From Opitutales bacterium (GTDB lineage Bacteria; Verrucomicrobiota; Verrucomicrobiia; Opitutales; Coraliomargaritaceae), in the NCBI GenBank assembly GCA_049606355.1, contig JBMYVL010000002.1:210001-242000 (forward strand): DNA of 32,000 nucleotides. Reading direction: 5' to 3'. This document shows positions 16,841 to 25,298 of this stretch, one piece after another (positions within the stretch are counted from its first letter, which is position 1; each line of letters begins with the position of its first letter). Below the pieces are notes generated by a model. That model saw only the letters and a program-made list of their open reading frames with translations, ran no database searches and was not told the DNA's origin. Both the position numbers and the translations under genes were made by a program.

Positions 16841-18421
16841 TTAATTAACAACTTTTCCAAGGGCAGAATCCATTTTTTGACGCAGGCGAAGTAGTACCGA
16901 AGTATACTTTTTAGAACGACTTAAATTAACCCATTCGTTTGGATCCTGCATATGATCATAAAGCTCCTCTTCACCATTGCGACAGCGGATATAACGATAG
17001 CGCTCGGTGCGCAGACTGAAATGTTGCTCCTCAATCGGAGCGGGTTGATGCAACTGCGAAGGCAAACGTGACCCACAGGCCGACAAGGAATAATCAGGGC
17101 CGGACCAAAGCCCATCCTTTGGTCTTTCCAACAAGGGCCGCAACGAGTAGCCATCGAGAGGATGCGAGGGCTTGAGTTGCGCATAATCCAAGCAAGTCGG
17201 GAAAACATCGACCAAAGAAACCGGCGTCTTTGATTGCTCTCCTCGAGCGACTCCGGGCCCGGCAACCACTAAAGGAATACGCACACTCTCTTCCCACGGT
17301 GTGAGTTTAAAGATGTAATCCTTCTCTCCCATGTGGTAGCCGTGATCGCTCGTAAAGATAATCAAGGTATTGTCAGCATCGCCACGCGCTTCGACCGCAT
17401 CGAGGATCTTACCGACTTGTGCGTCCACAAAAGCGACGCAAGCGAGGTAAGCTTGGGTCCAACGCTTAAGCTTGGCCTCTCCACCATGATTCATAATCTT
17501 TGAATACTTCGACCAGCCCCAGGGTTGGGCTAAATCCTGCTTCTCCGCCAAGATCTTCGCACAATCCGCTAGGTCGTCCTCCATCCGTGGGGTTAGTTCG
17601 ACGCTTTCCAGTGGAAAGAGATCAAAAAACTCCTGTGGCGCGTACCAAGGCGAATGGGGACGTGAAAAACCAACTGTAAGCAGGAAGGGTTTTTCATGCT
17701 CTCTTTCCAAAAAAGCAACTGCTTCATCCGCATGCACTTCATCCGGCATCAAGTCACGGTTATGACCATCGCGGTATTCCCAAATCGCCCCATTGTAAAA
17801 CAGGGTCCATTGATACTGGTCTCCGTACTGTGAGAGATCTTGGATCGGGCCGAAACCGTCACCCCATCCCCCAATACGCTCTCCCTCACTCCACCACGGC
17901 GGCAAAATACCATGGCGCTTATTTGCAGGCTTACCATCATTTGGAAGCGGGCCAAAATTCGAATACGATCCCCATCCCGAGCTGCCATCTTGATTCTGAA
18001 AAATCTCCAAACGCTGATGCCCGTTGTGGTGAATTTTACCGGTAGCAAAATTATGGTAGCCCTGAGCGGTAAAAACTTCAAATAACGTCTTCTTATCCTG
18101 CAACACTACATTCTGATACCAGCGCTCTTTGTGTTGATTCCCACCATACAATCCAGTGGAAATCGGATGCAGCCCACTCCACAAGCTCGCTCTCGAAGGT
18201 CCACAGATCGGCGCATTGGAGGCCGCATTGGTAAAGCGTACACCCCGCTCAATCAGGCGATTGATATGTGGTGTTTGTGCCTGCGGATGCCCACCCATAC
18301 CTTCAATCGAATCATTTAAATCATCACAGATGATAATGATTACGTTCGGACGATCGTCCGCCTGTGCGAACTGCCAACTGGCAATGGTTATAAGAAGTAA
18401 TGAAAGTAATTTATGTAACAT
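16841..18421 (-). CDS. Secreted Cys-type sulfatase; tandem paralogue of the catalytic domain of 14030..16822
   Basis: 526 aa. The signal peptide is MLHKLLSLLLITIASWQFAQA. Motifs are IIIICDDLNDSIEGMGGHPQAQTP, ICGPSRASLWSGLHP and IFTSDHGYHMGEK. It aligns along its whole length with aa 1-550 of the neighbouring 930-aa sulfatase. Confidence 0.92.
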   Translation of the reverse strand: MLHKLLSLLLITIASWQFAQADDRPNVIIIICDDLNDSIEGMGGHPQAQTPHINRLIERGVRFTNAASNAPICGPSRASLWSGLHPISTGLYGGNQHKERWYQNVVLQDKKTLFEVFTAQGYHNFATGKIHHNGHQRLEIFQNQDGSSGWGSYSNFGPLPNDGKPANKRHGILPPWWSEGERIGGWGDGFGPIQDLSQYGDQYQWTLFYNGAIWEYRDGHNRDLMPDEVHADEAVAFLEREHEKPFLLTVGFSRPHSPWYAPQEFFDLFPLESVELTPRMEDDLADCAKILAEKQDLAQPWGWSKYSKIMNHGGEAKLKRWTQAYLACVAFVDAQVGKILDAVEARGDADNTLIIFTSDHGYHMGEKDYIFKLTPWEESVRIPLVVAGPGVARGEQSKTPVSLVDVFPTCLDYAQLKPSHPLDGYSLRPLLERPKDGLWSGPDYSLSACGSRLPSQLHQPAPIEEQHFSLRTERYRYIRCRNGEEELYDHMQDPNEWVNLSRSKKYTSVLLRLRQKMDSALGKVVN

Positions 18422-18432
18422 AACGAGAGGCT

Positions 18433-19587
18433 TTATTGAATTAATTGGCTAATCGCAAAATAGGCGGGCTTCGGTTTATAAGCGCGATCGAACAAAGCAG
18501 GATAAACGGTTCGCCCTTCAACCGGCCAATTCCTGAGCCATGAGTAATGGTCGACCACGCCCCAAAAGCTGACGCGCTCGATGACATCGCTGTACTCTAA
18601 GAATACTTCAAATAGATCTGAATACTTTTTCGCTTGTTGATTGAGAACACCCGGTGGAACTCCCTTTGTGTATGGATCCAATTCTTCCATGCGCTTCACA
18701 TTCAAACGGATGTCCGCACCACTTTCGGTATCTTTAGGATGAGGCAACACGCGTACGTCCAATTCTGAAATACTAATTGCGACGTTCGCCTCAGACAAAA
18801 CACGCAGCGCTGTCCGTAATTCTTTTTGGGTCGGCCACTCGAGGTGCCAATGCCCTTGCATGCCCACGCCATGAATCGGCACCCCATCAGCCTTTAAGTC
18901 TCGCACTAGGTTCGCAACAAATTGCGTCTTCACCAAGTCAGTCATGCTGTAATCATTATACAGCAGTCGTGCATCGGGGTCGGCCTCGTGGGCGAACTGG
19001 TATGCCAGCTTGATGTAATCGTCACCGATAATTTGAAACCATGGGGACTCTCGCAAAAATGCAACTTGCTCACCGTCGACAACCTTAAGGTCAACCGCTT
19101 CATTAACGACATCCCAATACTTGATGCGTCCTTTGTAGCGCTTCACTACGGTATGGATGTGGGTGCGCATACGTTCGATCAAAACCTCGCGACTGACACG
19201 GCGCCCCTCCTCGTCCACAAAAATCCAACTCGGCACCTGATGGTGCCAGACCAAGGCATGCCCGACGACTTCCATTTGCGCTGCTTCCGCTAAAGCCATC
19301 AGTGCATCGGCCGAAGCAAACTCAAATTCACCTTCGCGTGGCTGAAGGTACTGCATCTTCATACTGTTCTCTGCAGTCAAACAATTGAATTCACCTACCA
19401 GTAAAGCCAACTCACGCTTATCATTTCGAAACAACGAATCGCCATCGATACCGCCTGCCAATACGTTACCAATCAGAAATCGCTCCGCGTAGCGTTCTTT
19501 TAATGGAAGATGTGTTCCACCACCTGCACAGGCCACACCGTGCACAAGAATGAATAAAAATAGGGATAAGTGGATTCCTTTTTGCAT
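18433..19587 (-). CDS. Secreted GH10 endo-1,4-beta-xylanase, catalytic domain only, canonical motifs
   Basis: 384 aa with an N-terminal signal peptide. The GH10 motifs are canonical: FNCLTAENSMKM, GHALVWHHQVPSW, YWDVVNEAV (acid/base), HGVGMQGHWH, ISISELDV (nucleophile) and VSFWGVVD. Confidence 0.92.
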   Translation of the reverse strand: MQKGIHLSLFLFILVHGVACAGGGTHLPLKERYAERFLIGNVLAGGIDGDSLFRNDKRELALLVGEFNCLTAENSMKMQYLQPREGEFEFASADALMALAEAAQMEVVGHALVWHHQVPSWIFVDEEGRRVSREVLIERMRTHIHTVVKRYKGRIKYWDVVNEAVDLKVVDGEQVAFLRESPWFQIIGDDYIKLAYQFAHEADPDARLLYNDYSMTDLVKTQFVANLVRDLKADGVPIHGVGMQGHWHLEWPTQKELRTALRVLSEANVAISISELDVRVLPHPKDTESGADIRLNVKRMEELDPYTKGVPPGVLNQQAKKYSDLFEVFLEYSDVIERVSFWGVVDHYSWLRNWPVEGRTVYPALFDRAYKPKPAYFAISQLIQ

Positions 19588-19597
19588 AACAAGATCG

Positions 19598-21070
19598 TTA
19601 TAGTTTGGGCGTCCCCAAGCGTTCGTGCTTTTTTAAAAAATGCTGATAAGGCATCGTCGCATAACGCTCGACCTCCGCTCGAACCGCGGGGTCATTGAGA
19701 TCGGGGAACGGATTTCGTTCCAATGCTTTAAATAGTGCTTCTCTCGCCAATTGGACTTCCTGTGACGAAAAATCGGTCACTAAGGTGTAATCCTTTTTGT
19801 GCATCGATCCATTGCATCGATAGAGTCGTCCCTCACGACTGCCGTAAACTGGATCGACCGCCTCTAGCAGCCAATCTTTGGTTCGAACCATGCGCGCGGT
19901 TGCAATATAACTAAGGATGGAATCACGATAGGTATCCACTCGGCCCTGCAAGAAAGCCTTCATACTCACTCCATCGATCGCATAGTCATCTGGAAGATGA
20001 ATCCCCGCAAAGTCGAGCAAGGTAGGAAACACATCGACAAATTCCATCAACGCATTGGTCGCGCCTCTTTCCGCAACCATTCCAGGGCAATTGACGACAA
20101 ACGGCACACGCGGACCCTCCTCGGTAGCGTGCATCTTACTTGCTCCCGAAGTGCCATTATCCGAAGCAAAGATAATAAGGGTATTGTCGCGAAGGCCCAG
20201 GCGCTGCAACGCGTCAATCAAACGTCCAATCATTGCATCTACATACAGATTCAAAGCTTCTAAATTACCTCCCGTATTGCGACCCGGAATGCCGTCAGCG
20301 GGAACTGTAGGCAAGCCGCCACCGGCAATATCGTGGACTAAATTCATCGGGAAATAAGCGAGGAATGGCTGCTCCCGATGACGCTCCATAAAATCTATCA
20401 GAAAGTCTGTATATAGCTCGGGGGCAAAGTCCTCCGCGTCCGTCTCAACCAGTACCCCATTGTGAGTGATGGCTGGATGCCAGAAACGAGATGGTACTGG
20501 CTTTGATCCGGGGAATGCCCACTTCCCCTCAAATAAACCATCAAAGCTCCCATCCGCGGGTAATTTCTCATGCGCATTGATGTGCAGAAAATACTCATCA
20601 AAGCCAACATACTTTGAGTCTGGCTGGTGGTGGCCTAGGGCCATTTGCTTCCCAGAGATCGCAGTCCGATACCCATGCTCTCTTAAAACACGGGCGAACG
20701 TCAAATGCCCAAGCGCGTAATCCCAGCGACCATAATCCCCCTGTGGGATCCTCAAATCATTATGCCAAACTCCGGTTCGACTCGGATAACGCCCGGTGGT
20801 TAACAACGCGCGCGTGGGTGAGCACATCGGCGTCGCCCAAGCCATGTTAAAAAAAACACCCCCCTCAGCCAAGGTATCCACATGCGGGGTCGCATAGGCA
20901 GAATTGCCATAGCAACTGAAAGCTTCAGGGCTGATATCATCCACCATGATGATGAGAAAATTCGGCGGCCTTTCCATTTCAGCAGCAGCGACACGCACCC
21001 CCGAACAAAGATTCGCAGCAGTGCAACAGTACACCAGCCATAAAAGTAAGCCTGCTTTGTTTGTCTTCAT
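19598..21070 (-). CDS. Secreted Cys-type sulfatase (arylsulfatase-A-like)
   Basis: 490 aa with a signal peptide. Motifs are NFLIIMVDDISPE, MCSPTRALLTTGRYPSRTG (CxPxR) and IIFASDNG. There is a 1-bp spacer to the upstream gene and 10 bp to the downstream gene. Confidence 0.9.
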   Translation of the reverse strand: MKTNKAGLLLWLVYCCTAANLCSGVRVAAAEMERPPNFLIIMVDDISPEAFSCYGNSAYATPHVDTLAEGGVFFNMAWATPMCSPTRALLTTGRYPSRTGVWHNDLRIPQGDYGRWDYALGHLTFARVLREHGYRTAISGKQMALGHHQPDSKYVGFDEYFLHINAHEKLPADGSFDGLFEGKWAFPGSKPVPSRFWHPAITHNGVLVETDAEDFAPELYTDFLIDFMERHREQPFLAYFPMNLVHDIAGGGLPTVPADGIPGRNTGGNLEALNLYVDAMIGRLIDALQRLGLRDNTLIIFASDNGTSGASKMHATEEGPRVPFVVNCPGMVAERGATNALMEFVDVFPTLLDFAGIHLPDDYAIDGVSMKAFLQGRVDTYRDSILSYIATARMVRTKDWLLEAVDPVYGSREGRLYRCNGSMHKKDYTLVTDFSSQEVQLAREALFKALERNPFPDLNDPAVRAEVERYATMPYQHFLKKHERLGTPKL

Positions 21071-21071
21071 T

Positions 21072-22535
21072 TTAAAGGCGAGTTAAGACTACATCGATTT
21101 CAGGAGCTGTGCCTGCATCGGCAACAAAATGACCCAGATACTCATGCCCGTTCAAATTTACGCGCAGTCGGTAGTCCCCGTAAAAACCATTAAACGACAG
21201 CGTATTTTCCTGCGTCAGCTGTCCGTCAACTTCAGTAGTCCACTCATGATTGATCAGTTGATCCAGGACGGCATAGACCGGCTTGGGTGTGCCGTCGGCA
21301 TCTAATAGGCCGGCAGGCATCCCTCGCCAGGGATTTAAATCCGTGATCGACCACCACGTGATTGATGCGACCTGCGGATGACTGAACGCCAGGGTATAAA
21401 AGTCGCGTGTTAATGCCGCCTGATAAGCTTCCAACTGTGGCGTGCTGGTCAAGGTAGGGATCGCTGCGCCCTGATCCAGCGCTTGCTGCCAAGCCTTCTC
21501 CTGCACATCAAGGCCCTTCCAGTCTTCAAATCGCCCGCAGCTCAAAATACTCACTTCGGATAAATAAATGGGTTTCTGATACTGCGTATAAACTTCGAGC
21601 ATGTCCCACAGCGCAGCCTCGGAAAAGCTTTGGCTTACGGAATGCATGTGCGTCTGAATACCAATCGCGCCAACATCTGCACCGACCTGCAAGCAATGCT
21701 GGATTTGGCGGTGATAAAAAGGGTCGTCGTGCTGGTAATGGTTGAGAATATAAAAGCCTTCTGGGCGCGAGGCACGAGCGATCTCTAGAATTGCCTCGGT
21801 CACATAACCCGGCCCGGAGGTAAATCGGCCATCCGCCATTTCGTGCCCCATAAACGTCTGCCAGCGGCGCATCCCCGAAGACTCGTCTTTCCAGACAATA
21901 CCGGGAACTTCATTGTACAGGTCCCACTCGTCCACCTCAGGGTACTGCTCGATCAGAAATTTAACATGCCGACGTATATCTCGATCGATCGCTCGCACAT
22001 CGCGCTCTGCATCGTCAATCCATTCCGGAACCACCTGGTGCCAGACTAACGGGTGCCCCTTCAGGACCATGCCCTGCGCTTTGGCCCACTTTAATAATTC
22101 ACTGGATAAAGGTGCCGAATCATAATCCCACTTCCCGCGAATTTTTTCATGGCTCCCCCAATAGAAATTGATCGTGGCGTAGTTAAATAAGCGCGCAAAC
22201 AGCTGTTTAAAACGCGCGTACCAGGGCTGCGCCGGCACGCTCCAATCCGCTGCCAAAGAGCCACCAAACAAAAACGCATGTTTCGTTTGCTCTATCTGGT
22301 ATGTGGCACCTGCAGGGATGCTACGTCCACTGCTCTCTTTGATCGTTAACTTAAAATCTCCCTTGCGGTACTTTTCGATACGCTCTTTCGCTCCTTGTAG
22401 TTCCCATGGCACATGCGCCTCAACCACCAGGGGGTGAGCACCGATCTGGCTACTCGTCGAATTTGCCGCGCAGCCGAGCAAGCAAGCAAACTGCAACAAA
22501 CCAATGATTGCGTATACCTTGCCCATGGCGTGCAT
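21072..22535 (-). CDS. GH10-like (clan GH-A) glycoside hydrolase, predicted lipoprotein, with a divergent substrate-binding segment and a C-terminal beta-sandwich
   Basis: 487 aa. It has a lipobox, LLGC (Cys22). GH10-like landmarks appear in order: HAFLFGGS, FNYATINFYWGSHE, GHPLVWHQVVPEW, EWDLYNEV (acid/base), GAIGIQTHMH, IYLSEVSI (nucleophile position) and ITWWSITD. A second ATG lies at 22526. Confidence 0.8.
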   Translation of the reverse strand: MHAMGKVYAIIGLLQFACLLGCAANSTSSQIGAHPLVVEAHVPWELQGAKERIEKYRKGDFKLTIKESSGRSIPAGATYQIEQTKHAFLFGGSLAADWSVPAQPWYARFKQLFARLFNYATINFYWGSHEKIRGKWDYDSAPLSSELLKWAKAQGMVLKGHPLVWHQVVPEWIDDAERDVRAIDRDIRRHVKFLIEQYPEVDEWDLYNEVPGIVWKDESSGMRRWQTFMGHEMADGRFTSGPGYVTEAILEIARASRPEGFYILNHYQHDDPFYHRQIQHCLQVGADVGAIGIQTHMHSVSQSFSEAALWDMLEVYTQYQKPIYLSEVSILSCGRFEDWKGLDVQEKAWQQALDQGAAIPTLTSTPQLEAYQAALTRDFYTLAFSHPQVASITWWSITDLNPWRGMPAGLLDADGTPKPVYAVLDQLINHEWTTEVDGQLTQENTLSFNGFYGDYRLRVNLNGHEYLGHFVADAGTAPEIDVVLTRL

Positions 22536-22541
22536 TAAAAA

Positions 22542-24281
22542 CTAACGGACCTCTAAGGACATGCTCGCCTCGACTGGCGGATTCACACCATCTGAAACAT
22601 TTAAAATGAATGTGTTGATACCCCGATCCGACGCGGCAGGAGTGCCACTCAAACGTCCATACTGAGCATTGGTCATCTCCAGCCACTCCGGCCCCGAAAC
22701 CTTGCTGTAGGTTAAGCGGTCGTCATCCGCATCTGCGACCCTCCAATTGACATAGCTTTGGTAGGCCTCCCCGACAGTTGCAAAGGGCTGGCGAGTTCCT
22801 TTCTGGCTGAAATTCAGCGAGTTCCATTGCGGCGCAGCATTTTCAACCGCACTCGAGCTATCCAACTCGGTGCCGTCGTCGAACGCTAATTTTTCACGGT
22901 GCGTTTGGAGTAGTTGCGCCATTGCCTCTACAACCTTATGATAGCGAGGATCCGCGACCACATTCACGTCCTCGTGTGGATCCCTGCCATGATCAAACAA
23001 CATACTGCCCCCATCGCTCCACTCGCTATACTGAAAATTTGCAGTTCGTACCGTCTCTCCCGCATGGTAGCGCCCGAAAATGGCCTGCTTGTGGACACTC
23101 TCAGGGTTCTTCATGGTCGGCACTAAACTTTTACCCTGCAGGTGCGGGGGCAAATTCAAGCCCGCCAATTCACACAAAGTCGGATAGATGTCCACCATCT
23201 CCACCAACGACTGCACCCTCTGCCCAGCGGTGTAACCGGGTGCACTAATAATTAACGGTGCATGCATCGAGGTTTTAAACAAGGTGTGCTTACACCACAA
23301 GGAGTGATCTCCTAACTGAAAGCCATGATCCCCCCATAGAATAATGATGGTATCATCTAACATCGATTGGGCCTCTAACTCGTCCAACAGACGACCAATC
23401 ATCGCGTCGGTGTAAGAGACGCAAGCTAAATAACCGTGCACCAGCGCTTGGGCCATTGCATCGGAAACAGCACCCTGCTTGGGGACGCCGCCATAACTCC
23501 GCAATTCACCCCAAGTACTCCGGGCGGCATGCGGTGCATCCTCCGGAAAAAATGTGTAATTATGGGGTAGTTCTATGCTGGCTACATCATAGAGATCCCA
23601 GTATTTTTTCGGCGCGATAAATGGTAAGTGGGGTTTAGAAAAACCGGCCGTTAGGAAAAAGGGGCGGTCGGCGACCTTAGCCTCACGAATCTGCTCTATG
23701 ATCTTGTCGGTCATTTGACCTGTCGGATAGGCGCTATCAGGTACGTCGGCCGACTCATACGGTGGGCGCAACTCCTTGTTTTCCGGCTTTGCGTAAGCCC
23801 TAAAATAACTGGCACGGTCAATCACATCCCACGCTTTGGCATTATCATCCGCATGATGATAGATCTTACCCATCGAAAAGGTCTTATACCCACCCTGCTT
23901 AAACCAATCCGCGATGTCGGGCACATTCGGCGCCCCACTGCAGGTGTTGCGTGCATTGTGTCTACTCACGGTCGCTTGATCAAAACGAGACCCATACCAA
24001 GTGAAGCGCTGGTTCGTTGGGTATAAGCCCGACATTAAACTGGCTCTGGATGCACCACACACCGGAACTTGAACATACGCGTTCTCATACAACGTCCCCA
24101 TCTCGGCAAGGCGATTGATACTCGGACTACTCACCCGATCGACGCCATAACAACCCAGCTCAGGACGCAAATCATCCACTGCAATAAAAAGTACATGCGG
24201 CGTCTTCTGGTTCGGACCAGCAGATAAGGTCGTAACAGACAGCAAACCGACTAACAGGGATAATAAACAACGAATCTTCAT
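22542..24281 (-). CDS. Secreted Cys-type sulfatase (iduronate-2-sulfatase-like N-terminus) with a C-terminal Ig/cadherin-like domain; first gene of the minus-strand cluster
   Basis: 579 aa. The signal peptide is MKIRCLLSLLVGLLSVTTLSA. Motifs are VLFIAVDDLRPELGCYG, VCGASRASLMSGLYP (the CxAxR variant of the FGly motif) and ILWGDHGFQLGDH. The C-terminal ~70 aa (LTYSKVSGPEWLEM...LSGTPAASDRGINTFILNVSDG) resemble the 'putative Ig' (dystroglycan/cadherin-like) domain. Confidence 0.9.
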   Translation of the reverse strand: MKIRCLLSLLVGLLSVTTLSAGPNQKTPHVLFIAVDDLRPELGCYGVDRVSSPSINRLAEMGTLYENAYVQVPVCGASRASLMSGLYPTNQRFTWYGSRFDQATVSRHNARNTCSGAPNVPDIADWFKQGGYKTFSMGKIYHHADDNAKAWDVIDRASYFRAYAKPENKELRPPYESADVPDSAYPTGQMTDKIIEQIREAKVADRPFFLTAGFSKPHLPFIAPKKYWDLYDVASIELPHNYTFFPEDAPHAARSTWGELRSYGGVPKQGAVSDAMAQALVHGYLACVSYTDAMIGRLLDELEAQSMLDDTIIILWGDHGFQLGDHSLWCKHTLFKTSMHAPLIISAPGYTAGQRVQSLVEMVDIYPTLCELAGLNLPPHLQGKSLVPTMKNPESVHKQAIFGRYHAGETVRTANFQYSEWSDGGSMLFDHGRDPHEDVNVVADPRYHKVVEAMAQLLQTHREKLAFDDGTELDSSSAVENAAPQWNSLNFSQKGTRQPFATVGEAYQSYVNWRVADADDDRLTYSKVSGPEWLEMTNAQYGRLSGTPAASDRGINTFILNVSDGVNPPVEASMSLEVR

Positions 24282-24594
24282 AAGCTAGGGGATAAACGTC
24301 AAAAGCGAAAAATGAACCGCACTGTCCTGCAGCAAAGTGTAAAAGCAAAAAACTAACAGTCCTGTAGCGTAACAGCTTTGCAGCGCACTATAAAGAGGTA
24401 CTAATGACAATTATATGTTGAAAAATGAAACTCCACATTCTTCCATAAAACCCTCAATCATTTAAGGACTCGTCACCACAGATGCTGCACGCTGTGTTAA
24501 CGCGCAGCACTCAACCCCACCGAGCAGGCACAGCGCTACAGGATTGACCGCCCCGTGTGGACTCGTTTTAACCCCTATTAGAACTTTATGACTT
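24282..24594. promoter_or_regulatory. Divergent intergenic region expected to hold the promoter and operator of the sulfatase/xylanase cluster
   Basis: This is the only spacer over 120 bp upstream of the eleven-gene minus-strand cluster. It contains a direct repeat, GTCCTG(C/T)AGC, at 24324..24333 and 24359..24368. I could not identify convincing -35/-10 hexamers. Confidence 0.35.
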
Positions 24595-24960
24595 ATGGAC
24601 CTTCTCGCCCCAGTCTTGCAACTCGTCCTCGGTCTTGGCATCTTAAATGTGTGGCTGCTACGCCGCAACCAGCCGACCGCTTATCGTGGCGGTGGCGCGC
24701 CCTCATTGATTGAAGAGTTTCGCGCCTATGGCCTGCCTGAAAGCGTATTTTATTTAGTGGGAGCACTTAAACTCATCGCTGCTGCCCTGCTACTTCTTGG
24801 TCTTTCACTGCCGGCATTGGTCCGCCCGGGCGCCCTCCTTCTGGCCGGATTAATGGCTGCTGCGCTAGCGATGCACCTTAAAATTAGAGACCCGCTGAGC
24901 AAATCACTACCGGCAGCCAGCCTGCTCGTGTTGTGCATCGTATTGTTGGCCCTTCGCTAA
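24595..24960 (+). CDS. DoxX-like small integral membrane protein
   Basis: 121 aa with about four hydrophobic helices. It shares the pattern EF(R/A)xYG(L/I)P....GAL(K/Q)L(I/L)AA..LL.G with the convergent neighbour. Confidence 0.7.
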   Translation: MDLLAPVLQLVLGLGILNVWLLRRNQPTAYRGGGAPSLIEEFRAYGLPESVFYLVGALKLIAAALLLLGLSLPALVRPGALLLAGLMAAALAMHLKIRDPLSKSLPAASLLVLCIVLLALR

Positions 24961-25298
24961 GCACTCGCCAGCTGAAGCGCGAGCAGCGCACACAGTACGA
25001 GGTAGAGCGCGGCAGGAGCACACTGCAGCCAATCATCGCCGATTCGTCGGCGCACGATACATCCACAGGCCATCTGCAGGGACAAGCCTGCCGCCGCGAC
25101 CGCCCCAACCTGCGGATAGGCATAGCCAACCAGTAAGCCCACGGCAGCCAGCAACTGCAGGGCTCCGGTGAGCACCCGAAATTGCGGAATGCCGTAGCGC
25201 GCAAACTCCGCAGTCATCTGCGCACTACGCACGCAGCGAACGCCGTAGACGCAGAAGGAAAGGAAACAAAAGGACTGAAGCCAGTGAAGTGCGCTCAT
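24957..25298 (-). CDS. DoxX-like small integral membrane protein; paralogue of 24595..24960
   Basis: This is ORF 24957..25352. The ATG at 25298 ([13 protein letters not shown]...) gives a length and topology similar to the neighbour; the ATG at 25352 is an alternative. The motif is [29 protein letters not shown]. Confidence 0.6.
   Translation of the reverse strand: MSALHWLQSFCFLSFCVYGVRCVRSAQMTAEFARYGIPQFRVLTGALQLLAAVGLLVGYAYPQVGAVAAAGLSLQMACGCIVRRRIGDDWLQCAPAALYLVLCALLALQLASA

Noticed and set aside
20848-20864. Homopolymer tracts inside coding regions (A8 followed by C6 at about 20848..20864; C7 at 7483..7489; A8 near 12848..12856) as possible phase-variation switches
   Set aside because: All reading frames are intact through them. 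The runs are short (8 or fewer) and encode ordinary FF/GG dipeptides. There is no evidence of slippage from a single sequence.
24462-24668. A 68-aa minus-strand ORF in the large intergenic region, overlapping the start of the DoxX-like gene
   Set aside because: It is Arg/Ser/Thr/Cys-rich with no recognisable motif and overlaps a better-supported gene on the other strand. It is probably a chance ORF in a GC-rich stretch.
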